NCBI GenBank assembly: GCA_964354085.1
Contig: CAYGYA010000049.1
Location: forward strand, 3,887 to 67,886
From: an uncultured Methanosarcinales archaeon
GTDB lineage: Archaea; Nanobdellota; Nanobdellia; Woesearchaeales; SM23-78
Length of the DNA: 64,000 bases
Direction: 5' to 3'
The position numbers and the translations under genes were made by a program. This document shows positions 1-9,226 of the stretch, piece after piece. Under the pieces are notes generated by a model that saw nothing but the letters and a program-made list of their open reading frames with translations, searched no databases and was not told where the DNA came from. How positions within the stretch are numbered: position 1 is the first letter of the stretch; the number at the start of each line of letters is the position of its first letter.

Positions 1-2
1 GG

Positions 3-263
3 ATGATTAATTTCTCAGATGGAATGAACGCAATTCTCACCTATGTTGAACAAATGGGAGAGAGCATTGCAAATAAAACAGGGCTGATATGGAAAGGTAA
101 GCTTTTAGCAGCTAAAAGATACCTGAAAACTCACTTCGACGTTAAGCTAAGCCTTTCTGAGCTAGCCCAAGACGTGAACATAATCAGGGAAGCTATCATA
201 AAAAATTATGAGCAGTACGAAAACCAGTTAATTGAAACCAGGTATGCTCCAAGCAAGCGCTGA
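3..263 (+). CDS. Hypothetical protein, probably the 3' part of a gene entering from the left edge
   Basis: ORF at the window edge; no recognisable motif. Confidence 0.5.
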   Translation: MINFSDGMNAILTYVEQMGESIANKTGLIWKGKLLAAKRYLKTHFDVKLSLSELAQDVNIIREAIIKNYEQYENQLIETRYAPSKR

Positions 264-375
264 ATTCTTCAGAACATAGAATATAAGTCATAAGGCTCGC
301 CGCCGTTTGAGGCGCTGGAAATTATTAGAATATTCTTGGTTTAAGGTTTTGCGCGCGAAAAATCAGCCATAAGAA

Positions 376-621
376 CTAAATAACAACCAATACCTTCTCT
401 TTGCTCGTATGCCCGCTCTTTATCCTGACATGTCTTTTCAGAAGCTTGTAAAAGAACTTGATTACTTCTTTATTTGCTCTATTATCATAAGCAGGAGCCT
501 TTACTTCAACTATCAATGCCTTCTTGTCATAATCATAGCCAAGCACATAGTTCTGCTTCTTGCCAGGCTTGACTATTATTCTCAGAGAATTATCTTTAAT
601 ATAGTCAGCAGGATTAATCAT
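376..621 (-). CDS. DUF167/YggU family protein
   Basis: VKPG...VKAPAYDNRANKEVI...IKSGHTSKEK pattern. Confidence 0.85.
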   Translation of the reverse strand: MINPADYIKDNSLRIIVKPGKKQNYVLGYDYDKKALIVEVKAPAYDNRANKEVIKFFYKLLKRHVRIKSGHTSKEKVLVVI

Positions 622-625
622 CTTA

Positions 626-949
626 TTAGTTTGAATCGCGCCAGGTATGCTTGCACTTCTTGCATTTCATAAACTTGGTCTCTGCCTCATCCCCTGCTCT
701 CATCTGCTGGGTCCAGAAATAAGCTTTTTCAAAGCCGCACTCAGGGCACTTGACTTCTGTCTCAGGCAGGCCTGTGTCATCCTCTTTAACAACATTGACC
801 TTCTTCTCGTCCTTAGTAATCCTTTCCTTTATCTCTGCAGAGCCAACGTCTTTAGAAGCATAGCCGCAGCTGCATGCAAGCACCTTCTTTTTCTTATCAG
901 TTCTCGGCTTTAGCAATGAGCCACACTTGGGACAAAAAATAGTTGCCAT
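626..949 (-). CDS. tfs: Transcription factor S (TFS/RpoM-like)
   Basis: Two Zn ribbons (CPKC..CSC; CPEC..CKKC) and acidic hairpin QMRAGDE; start reassigned to ATG at 949. Confidence 0.92.
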   Translation of the reverse strand: MATIFCPKCGSLLKPRTDKKKKVLACSCGYASKDVGSAEIKERITKDEKKVNVVKEDDTGLPETEVKCPECGFEKAYFWTQQMRAGDEAETKFMKCKKCKHTWRDSN

Positions 950-995
950 ATTACAGAACTCTTTTTTAAGCAGGCGGTTTAAATATTTTGTGCTT

Positions 996-1709
996 TTAAA
1001 GCTGAGGGCTGAACAAACCATAAATGCCTGTTACTTTCATCAGGTCAACAAACCATATCTTTACATAGCCAAGGAAAGGAGCTCTGAACACTGCCTTGCC
1101 TAGAACCTGCTTTTCAAGAACACGAGTCTCATCAAGCTCACTATCCCTTATCTGCATCTTATTATTATCTCCTTTGGTCTGGAACACCCACATACTCATA
1201 TCATCTTTCTTAATAACCCTGTGAATAATCGGATAAGGCTTGCCTGACTGGAAAACAATAACATCTCCAAGCTTTATGTCCCCTGGCTTCTTGCCAATAA
1301 GGAACATTATGTCTCCTCTGTTAAATCCATTCTTAAAAGGGTAAGTTTCAAAATCATCTTTAGTGAGATTCAAGGCAAGGTAATAGTCTTCATTAGTAGT
1401 CCACCACTGGTCAAATGACTGGTGATGTTCCATGCTATTACTCACAACAGCGACTATGGGGAAGTGCGTGCCGAAAATTAGGCCTAAGCCAGGATACACA
1501 ATGAACTTGATAATCACATACGCTAGAATAATATTAACAATCCAGCTGGCTACAGAATTATCATGCCAAATAAAATACCAGACCTTGCCATACCAGGTAG
1601 TAGGGTTCTTAGGCTCTTTCTTATATTCTTTTTTATCAGGAAAACTCTGTTTTCCTGGAACAGCAAGCTTTTGCTTGCTTGTCTCTTTCCTATCTTTTTT
1701 ATTAAACAT
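996..1709 (-). CDS. Signal peptidase I (archaeal Sec11/SipW type)
   Basis: TM helix followed by VVSNSM (catalytic Ser), IIHRV and TKGDNN. Confidence 0.9.
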   Translation of the reverse strand: MFNKKDRKETSKQKLAVPGKQSFPDKKEYKKEPKNPTTWYGKVWYFIWHDNSVASWIVNIILAYVIIKFIVYPGLGLIFGTHFPIVAVVSNSMEHHQSFDQWWTTNEDYYLALNLTKDDFETYPFKNGFNRGDIMFLIGKKPGDIKLGDVIVFQSGKPYPIIHRVIKKDDMSMWVFQTKGDNNKMQIRDSELDETRVLEKQVLGKAVFRAPFLGYVKIWFVDLMKVTGIYGLFSPQL

Positions 1710-1832
1710 TAAGCATCGTGAAAAGATGAGGGTTAAAAAAGCTTGCGGTTTTAAAACAGCTTAAGCTTATCCCAAACCTTTAAATACCATCTTATCTTCC
1801 CCTTTTTATTAAGGGAGAGGGTGTTAGTATAT

Positions 1833-1880
1833 ATGAAAGCTATCAAAACTAGCGTTTTGGAGCTTCATAAAATCCGGTGA
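1833..1880 (+). CDS. 15-aa upstream ORF (MKAIKTSVLELHKIR) in the nmd3 leader
   Basis: ATG..TGA preceded by GAGAGGGTG; its first four residues match the nmd3 start. Confidence 0.3.
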   Translation: MKAIKTSVLELHKIR

Positions 1881-1884
1881 TTTT

Positions 1885-2757
1885 ATGAAAGCGATTAATC
1901 TCACTCTGTGCTCTTGCAACAAGTACGTAGAGAAAAACCAGTGGAAGCCTTATAAGGGCATTGAAAAGCTCATAACAGACTTGGTGAAAAAGCAAGTTCC
2001 GAATTCTAAGGTTATCTTTAAAAGCCTTGAGATTCCAATGGCAGTCAAGGAGAAGAAGCAGTTCGAGGTCATTGCCAAACTCAAAAAGCAAGAGCATGTT
2101 ATTGATGTTGTTCTCAAGCTTGCCAAGTGCAATCTTTGCGAAAAAGAAGGCACACAGTATTATGAAGCTGTTCTCCAGGTCAGGAGCAATAATTATGACA
2201 TTCTTGACAAAAGCATTGAGTATTTGCAGAAAAGAGTTGAGAATCTCAGGCACAGGGGAATGTTTATTAACCAGGTCGAGAGGCTTGATGATGGCTATGA
2301 CTTGTATGTCACTAACAAGAGCATCGCCCAGAACCTGGGGAGAGAGTTGCAGGATTTATTTGGCGGAGAATACAGGAGCAGTTCTCGCCTTTTCTCCAAG
2401 AGCAGGCAGACCAGCAAGAACATATACAGATTAGCATTATTTGTCAGGCTTCCAGGGTTTGAAAAAAGCGATATTATCCTGGTTGATGACAAGGTTTACA
2501 AGGTAGACAAGCTAGGCTCAAAAATAACATTATTAGACCTGTTAAAAAATAATCATCTCATTATTGACTTCTCAAAGCTAGATTATGCTGTTCTCAAGAA
2601 GCACGTCACCTATGTTGCAAGGACTCATCCCTATCTTGAAGTTATTAATCCTTATGATTTCCAGTCAAGCATGGTAAGAAACCATCCGACTAATAGCTTT
2701 GAGCTCGGACAGGAAGTAAAAGTGGTGGTTCACAAAGGGATATATGTTGTTGATTGA
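1885..2757 (+). CDS. nmd3: Nmd3 family ribosome maturation protein (N-terminal Zn knuckle apparently absent)
   Basis: CNLC..YYEAVLQVR, GYDLY and SSRLFSKSRQTSKNIYR motifs; GGTGA SD. Confidence 0.85.
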   Translation: MKAINLTLCSCNKYVEKNQWKPYKGIEKLITDLVKKQVPNSKVIFKSLEIPMAVKEKKQFEVIAKLKKQEHVIDVVLKLAKCNLCEKEGTQYYEAVLQVRSNNYDILDKSIEYLQKRVENLRHRGMFINQVERLDDGYDLYVTNKSIAQNLGRELQDLFGGEYRSSSRLFSKSRQTSKNIYRLALFVRLPGFEKSDIILVDDKVYKVDKLGSKITLLDLLKNNHLIIDFSKLDYAVLKKHVTYVARTHPYLEVINPYDFQSSMVRNHPTNSFELGQEVKVVVHKGIYVVD

Positions 2758-2785
2758 GAATTTTTTATTTCTATTTTATTTTTTC

Positions 2786-3940
2786 TCATTCTTCCTTCTT
2801 CCTCTCTTTTTTGTACTCATCAACAATGTTCTTTAGAAGGTCGCGTTTTTTCAAAGCTTCTTCAATCGCATTTTTTTCAGCAATTGCAAAATTAGCATTT
2901 TCTTTTGTTATGATACCTTCAGGTTTTAGGAATACAAAAGTGTCGTCGCCGCGCTTGGGAACATTATCAGTTATTATCAATTTAACCTTGCCTTTTAATT
3001 CATCAACCACTTTCTGGCTGATGCTTCCAGGGTTATTAACAAAAATAATATCGCCTTGCTGTATGTCCAAAAATTTTTTTGCGCTGAACTCATCCCAGCT
3101 AAGGTCATCCAGCTTCTTGACCAATACCTTGTTTTTCAAGGCAATCAAGAACTCGTCTTTTCTCCTAAGCTCTTTTTCATAGTGCTGGATAAGCCGCGTA
3201 TTGTCTTTTAGCTGTTTTGTGTAGTGCTTAATACGCTTCTCTTTGAAATCAACAAGCTCTTCCTTGGGAGCGCCCAATACTTTTTTACCTAATCTTTTTA
3301 TCAGGTTATCTTTCTCCCTAATCAGAAAGCTCAGATTCCTATTCTGCTCTTCAAGAAGAATAATCTTTTCCTGCATCTCTCTCAGCATCTTCTCGCTAAA
3401 AGCACTCTTCTCAGTCTCCTTGACAATTTGCCTTGGAGTCTCAATAATCTTTTCCTTGTCTTTCTGCTCTGCCATCGCAAGGCTAGCTTCAAGAGGAAGG
3501 TCTTCATTACGCACCATGATTAGCTTGACAGCTTCTTCAAGCTCTTTCTTATCTTTCTCTTCGAGAAATCTTTCTATCTTGCCAAAAAAATTTTTGTGCT
3601 TATCAAATGCAAGAATAGCAGATGCCAGTGCATCAACTTCATGGGCATTAAGCTTGACATCATAATCCTTTGCAAGCATTCTTTTTTCAGCAACAAGCAG
3701 GTCTTGCCTTGGAAAGAAAAGCTTAGCACCCAGCTTTACTGCAAGGCTTTCTGCAAACCATGGCGGAGGATTCTTGTCACATCCAACAATCAAAGGCCTG
3801 CCAAAGCTGATGATGTTGTTGATGAGCTCGCTCATGGTGAATTCTTTGCCAGAGCCGCTAGTGATGAAATCTCCCTTGTCATTGATTATAGCATAGCCTA
3901 AAGTAGTGCCTGGGTCTACGCCGATGATTAATAATGCCAT
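2786..3940 (-). CDS. DUF460 family protein (RNase H-like N-terminus plus coiled coil)
   Basis: IIGVDPGTT, IVGCD and HEVDALASA motifs; start reassigned to ATG at 3940. Confidence 0.85.
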   Translation of the reverse strand: MALLIIGVDPGTTLGYAIINDKGDFITSGSGKEFTMSELINNIISFGRPLIVGCDKNPPPWFAESLAVKLGAKLFFPRQDLLVAEKRMLAKDYDVKLNAHEVDALASAILAFDKHKNFFGKIERFLEEKDKKELEEAVKLIMVRNEDLPLEASLAMAEQKDKEKIIETPRQIVKETEKSAFSEKMLREMQEKIILLEEQNRNLSFLIREKDNLIKRLGKKVLGAPKEELVDFKEKRIKHYTKQLKDNTRLIQHYEKELRRKDEFLIALKNKVLVKKLDDLSWDEFSAKKFLDIQQGDIIFVNNPGSISQKVVDELKGKVKLIITDNVPKRGDDTFVFLKPEGIITKENANFAIAEKNAIEEALKKRDLLKNIVDEYKKERKKEE

Positions 3941-4003
3941 ATTCTCAATAGTGAGAAAATTTATATAGTATATTAAGTTTGTCAAAATACAGGGGTGATT
4001 GTT

Positions 4004-5029
4004 ATGGATGCTTTTACACGAGGCAAACTAGGCATACTCGCCTGCGATTCTGGAGGGTTTTTTGCACAAAAAGTAGTTGAGGAACTAAATAAAATAATTG
4101 AAAAAGAAGAAGGCTCTGATGGCATTGAGCTTATCAAGACCAAAGAAACCAAGTTCAGCAACACTGAATTAAAAACAGAGATTGAGGAGAGCATCAGGAA
4201 CCAGGACGTATACATTTTTCAGGATGTTGCCAATCAGAATGCTGGCTTAAGTGTTAATGATAATTTCGTAGCCTTAAAAACAGCAATCAACGCAACCAAG
4301 ATGGCTGATGCGCATTACATCACAGCAGTAATACCTGTATTCCCTTATGCAAGGCAGGACAAGGCAAAGACCAGGGAAGGAGTAACAGCTGCCATGGCTG
4401 CAAGGGAACTAGAAGATGCTGGGGCAACGCGCGTAATAACCCTTGATGTTCACAACGAGGCAATTGCTGGCTTTTTCAGGAAAGCCATTCTTGAGAATCT
4501 TCGCGCTTCAAAGAATTTCATGGATTACATAAAAGAGAATATAGGGTTTAATGACCTTGTTATTGTTGCTCCTGATGCTGGCGGAGCTGCAAGAGCTATT
4601 TATTATGCAAAAAAACTAGGCATAAAGCTGGCCTTGCTTCACAAGGAAAGGGATTATTCCAAGGCTAATGTTGTTGAGAACACGCATCTTCTTGGGGATG
4701 TGAAAGGCAAGAAAGCCTTTATTATAGACGATATCCTGGACACAGCAGGCACTATTCTTAATTCCCTGAAAAAAATGAAAGAGCAAGGAGCAAAAGAGAT
4801 TTATGTAGCAGCAAGCCTGCCCTTGCTTACAGGCCCTGCGATTGAGAGGCTGAGCAATGCACACCAAGAAGGAACCCTGACAAGAGTAATAGGCACAGAT
4901 GCGGTTTATCACGGACAAGGATTTGCAAACAAATACCCTTGGTACGTTGAAGTAAGCGTAGCTAAGTATTTTGCAAGAGTCATCTATAACATCAACAGAG
5001 GGATATCAATAAGCAGGCTGCTGGAGTGA
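4004..5029 (+). CDS. prs: Ribose-phosphate pyrophosphokinase
   Basis: PYARQDK, DVH, APDAGG and IIDDILDTAGT motifs; GGGGTGA SD. Confidence 0.95.
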   Translation: MDAFTRGKLGILACDSGGFFAQKVVEELNKIIEKEEGSDGIELIKTKETKFSNTELKTEIEESIRNQDVYIFQDVANQNAGLSVNDNFVALKTAINATKMADAHYITAVIPVFPYARQDKAKTREGVTAAMAARELEDAGATRVITLDVHNEAIAGFFRKAILENLRASKNFMDYIKENIGFNDLVIVAPDAGGAARAIYYAKKLGIKLALLHKERDYSKANVVENTHLLGDVKGKKAFIIDDILDTAGTILNSLKKMKEQGAKEIYVAASLPLLTGPAIERLSNAHQEGTLTRVIGTDAVYHGQGFANKYPWYVEVSVAKYFARVIYNINRGISISRLLE

Positions 5030-5290
5030 TTATTCCTCCAGGAACTCTTCTACCTCTTTCTTTTTCATTATGTTAAGGGAAACATGCACTTCTCCTGTCT
5101 TCATATAACGATTGAGGAATTCCATCTTGTAAAGTTCTTCTAAAGCCTTCTTTACTTCTTTTGTGCCGCGCATGTGTGTTTTAAATCTTTTAAAGAGGTT
5201 TATTTCTTCTGTATGAGAGGCGCCCCATTTAGGGTGAGTATCATATTTAAGTCTTCTCAGCATTATTTTTTGGATAGTAATCTTATCCAT
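5030..5290 (-). CDS. Small basic protein, winged-helix-like C-terminus
   Basis: 86 aa; KKALEELYKMEFL...HVSLN helix-plus-wing pattern; TATA-like element upstream. Confidence 0.6.
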   Translation of the reverse strand: MDKITIQKIMLRRLKYDTHPKWGASHTEEINLFKRFKTHMRGTKEVKKALEELYKMEFLNRYMKTGEVHVSLNIMKKKEVEEFLEE

Positions 5291-5379
5291 GAACCTGGCT
5301 ATTTTTCTGCATCTTTATATAATGCCTTGACTAATTTTCGCGATAATTCCGAGCAAAATAAAAAGTATTCGCATCATAA

Positions 5380-5397
5380 TGATACATCCATGTATCA
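5380..5397. promoter_or_regulatory. Perfect inverted repeat TGATACAT-CC-ATGTATCA, putative operator
   Basis: 8-bp arms; lies between divergent small HTH-like genes, just upstream of BRE/TATA GAAACATTTAAATA. Confidence 0.55.
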
Positions 5398-5437
5398 AAA
5401 CGAAACATTTAAATATTTGCCTATATTCTTAAACCTC

Positions 5438-5782
5438 ATGGAAGAAGAAACAATCATAACACATATGCTTGGACACAGCCCAAAAGTAAAGTTAATGGAC
5501 TTGCTGATAATAGGAAGGGAAGCAGAATACTCCATCACAGACATGGCAGAAGCAGCAGGCGTAGGAAGATCAAGCATCTATCGCATGCTGGATGACATGC
5601 TCAAAGACAAGGTGCTGGTAAAAAAAGGAAAATATGGGAGGATACAATTATACCAGCTAAACATGGAAAACCCAGAAGTAAAGCTGCTGGTCAAGTTCTT
5701 TGACGAAGTATCAAAAATAGAATCAGAGAAAGAAATAGCAAGGCAGACCATGAAGATAAAAGTCAAGGCTGCAAAGAACTAG
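5438..5782 (+). CDS. Winged helix-turn-helix protein (ArsR/MarR-like)
   Basis: YSITDMAEAAGVGRSSIYRMLDDM HTH; ATG ~24 nt after a TATA box (leaderless). Confidence 0.85.
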   Translation: MEEETIITHMLGHSPKVKLMDLLIIGREAEYSITDMAEAAGVGRSSIYRMLDDMLKDKVLVKKGKYGRIQLYQLNMENPEVKLLVKFFDEVSKIESEKEIARQTMKIKVKAAKN

Positions 5783-5792
5783 CCATACTATC

Positions 5793-6485
5793 TTATTTAA
5801 TTATTTTCTCCAATGCACTTGGCTTGTCAACTGTATAATCTGCAAATTCTTTTTCTCCGCCAGAAGCATGGCCCCAGCTTACAAAAATTGTTTTTGCTCC
5901 TAGTTTCTTGCCTGCTTCTAAATCACTCAGCTTATCACCTACAATAAACATCAGCTTGCCCCGGGCTTCTAGTCTTCTAAGGTTCTCTTCATTGCTCACT
6001 CCAAGAACAGGAGGCTGCGCATAGATGTAGTCAAACTCAACAGCTATTCCAGCTATCTGGAGCATTCCTGAGATTGTGTCATTCCTTATGCCAGAAACAA
6101 TTGCGAGCTTGTAGCCCAGGCTCTTCACTCTTGATAGTTCATCAACCAAGCCTTTGGGCATTATTTCTTTGCCATATTTCTTTGCAGCCATCCACATGCC
6201 TATCTGAAAAAGATTAGTGGATACTTGGTTCTGGTAAGTTCCTCCATTTATGCTCATGAATTCCAGGTTGTTCTCCCGGTAATTGACCTTCATATCTTTC
6301 TTAAGACCTGTTAATTTCTCAACAAATTCATTATTAACCTTGTAAAGATCATTTGGGTTAGAATGTTCATTTTTAGTTGGCAAGCTCCTCTTAAGGACTT
6401 TTGCCCTGAACAGGTTAGCTTCCTCTATAATGTCAGCTCTTATCAGAGTTCCTGCAAAGTCAAATACAACAATTTTATCAGCCAT
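5793..6485 (-). CDS. HAD-superfamily hydrolase
   Basis: FDFAGT motif I variant, IVSG and VGDKLSDLEAG motif IV. Confidence 0.8.
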   Translation of the reverse strand: MADKIVVFDFAGTLIRADIIEEANLFRAKVLKRSLPTKNEHSNPNDLYKVNNEFVEKLTGLKKDMKVNYRENNLEFMSINGGTYQNQVSTNLFQIGMWMAAKKYGKEIMPKGLVDELSRVKSLGYKLAIVSGIRNDTISGMLQIAGIAVEFDYIYAQPPVLGVSNEENLRRLEARGKLMFIVGDKLSDLEAGKKLGAKTIFVSWGHASGGEKEFADYTVDKPSALEKIIK

Positions 6486-6528
6486 ATAAAGAAGGTAGCT
6501 ATACCGGCTTAATAAAAGTTTCTGAAAA

Positions 6529-8097
6529 TTACTCCTCATCATATTTGCCAAGTGCCATCTGGCCTTTTCTTTTGCTTTTATTTACTTGAACTTTTTCTTC
6601 TCTTAAGTCTTCTCCTACTTGTTTCTTTATAGAGAGAGCAACTTGTTTTCCAACAAGTTGAGTTAGCAGTGGCAAATCTGCTTTCTTCACATCTTCAATA
6701 CCCTTAATCTTATTATTAAATAATTTTCTTGCCCTTATTCTTCCAATGTTTCTAAGCCTGAGCAATGGCAATAATTCTTCTTTTGCACCGTAAGTCAGCC
6801 TCATCCTGACTTTCTCAAACTCTTTTATTAACCCATGCAATTTTATAAGCTTGGATATTTCAACGCAGGAGTAGAGCAGCCAGTCTGCAAGGCTTAGCTT
6901 AACCCTGATCTCTCCTGGCCTGATATTGTATTTCTCAAGCAAGGCTTCTTCATCAACTTCATTAATCCAGTCATAGAAGAACAATGCAGTCTTTATGCTC
7001 TTTAGGTATTCCTCGTATTCTGGCTCAAACATGCTGGGCTCAAGGCTTAATATTGATGAACTGAACATATTATTTTTTTCCTCAATATCATCGTATTCGC
7101 TTACCTTGACATTTAGCAAAGGACGAAGCTCAAGAGTGTATGATACCATTTGCAGGAATGAGAAGTCCTTGAGTATTTTGCTCTCTGCCCTTCTCATGCA
7201 GGTAATCAGGTAATGAACAGTGTATGGGTCAAGGTAGAGTTGGCTTACTCTCTGGCCAAGCAAGGTTGCTTCCAGCTCAATATTCTTGTCATCTTCCTTG
7301 ATAGTAATCATCTCCCATTCCTGCAATAGCTTGAGAATCCTGGTGATTATTGCTTCTATTTCCTTGACATTGCCGAACTGGTGAGCATAAAAGGTTTTCT
7401 TGAAAAAATCCATTAAGCTCTTTTTTGAGCTGGCATAATCTGTTGCTATTAAGCTGAGAACATAAGTCCTTAGCACAGGCTCAACAGCTAGTTTGCTAAG
7501 AATCTCTTCTGGCTCTCCTTGGATATAAGTGCGGATTATCTTTTCTTTTTCTCCATTTGTTTCTGCAAGGCAGATTGCTTCTCCATATTCGTCATTAAAA
7601 TCAGGTCGTCCGGCGCGACCGCAGAACTGCAAGAATTCAAGAACAGGAATCCAAGCCATACCTCTTGGTGATGAAAACCTTTTCAAGTCACGGACTATAA
7701 CGCGAAATGCTGGTAAATTAACTCCGTAAGCTAAAGTCGGCGTCGCGCAAATTATCTTTATATTGCCATTTCTAAAATTATCCTCTATCAATTCCCTTTG
7801 CTGGGAGTGCAAGCCAGCGTGATGAAAAGCAACTCCTTTTTTTGCACATAAAGCAAGCCTCTGGCATTGTTTTGTAGATTTGTCAAGCACCCCGAGGATT
7901 TTTCCAGCCAATTCATCAAGAGCTTCCTTATCCTTGTCATCAACTTTTAATTTAACAGCAATGCGCTCAGCCTCTGCCTCTGCACCGCTCTTAGTATTGA
8001 CAAAAACCAAAGCCTGCTTTTTCTTCTCAAGAGTATCAAGGCAGATGTTAAGAACAGCATGCTCATACACGTGCTTTATCTTTGAGGTTTTTTGCAT
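6529..8097 (-). CDS. hel308: Hel308/Ski2-like SF2 helicase, C-terminal part only (motifs I-III missing)
   Basis: LVFVNT (IV), FHHAGL, TPTLAYGVNLPA (V), QFCGRAGRP (VI), HhH IGRIRARKL; no Walker A or DExH. Confidence 0.85.
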   Translation of the reverse strand: MQKTSKIKHVYEHAVLNICLDTLEKKKQALVFVNTKSGAEAEAERIAVKLKVDDKDKEALDELAGKILGVLDKSTKQCQRLALCAKKGVAFHHAGLHSQQRELIEDNFRNGNIKIICATPTLAYGVNLPAFRVIVRDLKRFSSPRGMAWIPVLEFLQFCGRAGRPDFNDEYGEAICLAETNGEKEKIIRTYIQGEPEEILSKLAVEPVLRTYVLSLIATDYASSKKSLMDFFKKTFYAHQFGNVKEIEAIITRILKLLQEWEMITIKEDDKNIELEATLLGQRVSQLYLDPYTVHYLITCMRRAESKILKDFSFLQMVSYTLELRPLLNVKVSEYDDIEEKNNMFSSSILSLEPSMFEPEYEEYLKSIKTALFFYDWINEVDEEALLEKYNIRPGEIRVKLSLADWLLYSCVEISKLIKLHGLIKEFEKVRMRLTYGAKEELLPLLRLRNIGRIRARKLFNNKIKGIEDVKKADLPLLTQLVGKQVALSIKKQVGEDLREEKVQVNKSKRKGQMALGKYDEE

Positions 8098-8120
8098 TAC
8101 GATACCTTCAGAATCATTAA

Positions 8121-8256
8121 TGGGCCCGCGGAGAGTTGAACTCCGGACCCCACGATATCTGTGCTGGCGTCCGCAGAAATCAGAGATTTCTGGGTTCTCG
8201 CGCTGATGCGCTTCGAATATCAGTCGTGTGCTCCAGCCAGGCTAAGCTACGGGCCC
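8121..8256 (-). tRNA. tRNA-Ile(GAT) with a 61-nt intron at 37/38 (8157-8217)
   Basis: GGGCCCG/CGGGCCC acceptor stem, CACGA-CTGATA|A-TCGTG anticodon arm, CGGAG-TTCAACT-CTCCG T arm; no encoded CCA. Confidence 0.93.
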
Positions 8257-8267
8257 AATGATAAAAA

Positions 8268-8382
8268 CGCCTCCAGCCGGATTTGAACCGACGACCGCGC
8301 GGTTACTTTCCTTCTCTTACCCAGATATTTCTGAGCAAGGCGAAGCTAACAGCCGCGAGCTCCACCGCTAAGCTATGGAGGC
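8268..8382 (-). tRNA. tRNA-Asn(GTT) with a 43-nt intron at 37/38 (8304-8346)
   Basis: GCCTCCA/TGGAGGC acceptor stem, CGCGG-CTGTTA|A-CCGCG anticodon arm, GTCGG-TTCAAAT-CCGGC T arm. Confidence 0.93.
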
Positions 8383-8571
8383 ATTTCGTCTCTTCTTTCG
8401 AAGAATACACCTTTTTAAATAGTTTATGGTTAAGAGCAATCTTTGATTTGTAACCACTGTTTAATAGGAACAAAACGAAACATTTATATAGTAAGCTCAT
8501 CACATATAGAAGAAAGATATATATAGTTTAAAATCATAGGTTACGTGTTTTCCAAAAAGGGAGGGACAACC

Positions 8572-9213
8572 ATGGACACACCTGGAACGCCAGTTAAAAT
8601 ACCAAGATTAGAAGAGATAATAATAAATAATAAAAGAGTAAGAGACTTGATACAAAGTGTAGAACCAGAATACAGAGAATTCTTTGTAATCAACACCCAA
8701 TCAGTCATGCTTGAGAAAGGCTTACCCCTAGAAAGGTTTTCAGATGTACTATACCTAAGAAGGTGCGCTCCTGAGTTTGTTGACCAATTAATAGAAGCTG
8801 CTAACAAAGTAGAGTACAAAGCACAAAAGCTCAATCTGAAATTTGAAGAAGTGGTGTATGGTGCGCTCGAAAGGGCAGGAATAGAAAACTTAAAATACAG
8901 TCATGACTGCCCTAGCTATTGTTATCTCCTTACTGCTGTTGATGCTCTAGGAGGCATGGATTTTCAAAAGAACAGGGAATCTATACTTAGAGAAGCTAAA
9001 GCAGACAGATTTTCAGGTGACAGCGCTAAAAATCAAGAAATAATCAGACTGCGAGGGCTAAAAGTACTGGATAACTTGCTTTGCCCAGGAATAGGCATTG
9101 CAGAAGAACTAACCGCAAAAGCTATGAGTGAACCTCAAATGCCAAAACAGGATTATGCCAAGATGTTAGGACCTGGAAAAAAAGAATATCAGCCACTGCC
9201 AAAGAAATTGTGA
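8572..9213 (+). CDS. Hypothetical protein
   Basis: Long ORF; GGGAGG SD before ATG at 8572. Confidence 0.7.
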   Translation: MDTPGTPVKIPRLEEIIINNKRVRDLIQSVEPEYREFFVINTQSVMLEKGLPLERFSDVLYLRRCAPEFVDQLIEAANKVEYKAQKLNLKFEEVVYGALERAGIENLKYSHDCPSYCYLLTAVDALGGMDFQKNRESILREAKADRFSGDSAKNQEIIRLRGLKVLDNLLCPGIGIAEELTAKAMSEPQMPKQDYAKMLGPGKKEYQPLPKKL

Positions 9214-9226
9214 AACAGTAAAAAAA

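Noticed and set aside
264..375. GC-rich patches between convergent genes as a small RNA
   Set aside because: Only short weak stems and no convincing C/D boxes
8121..9213. Integrated element at the tRNA pair
   Set aside because: No integrase and no duplicated tRNA 3' end (att site) found in the window
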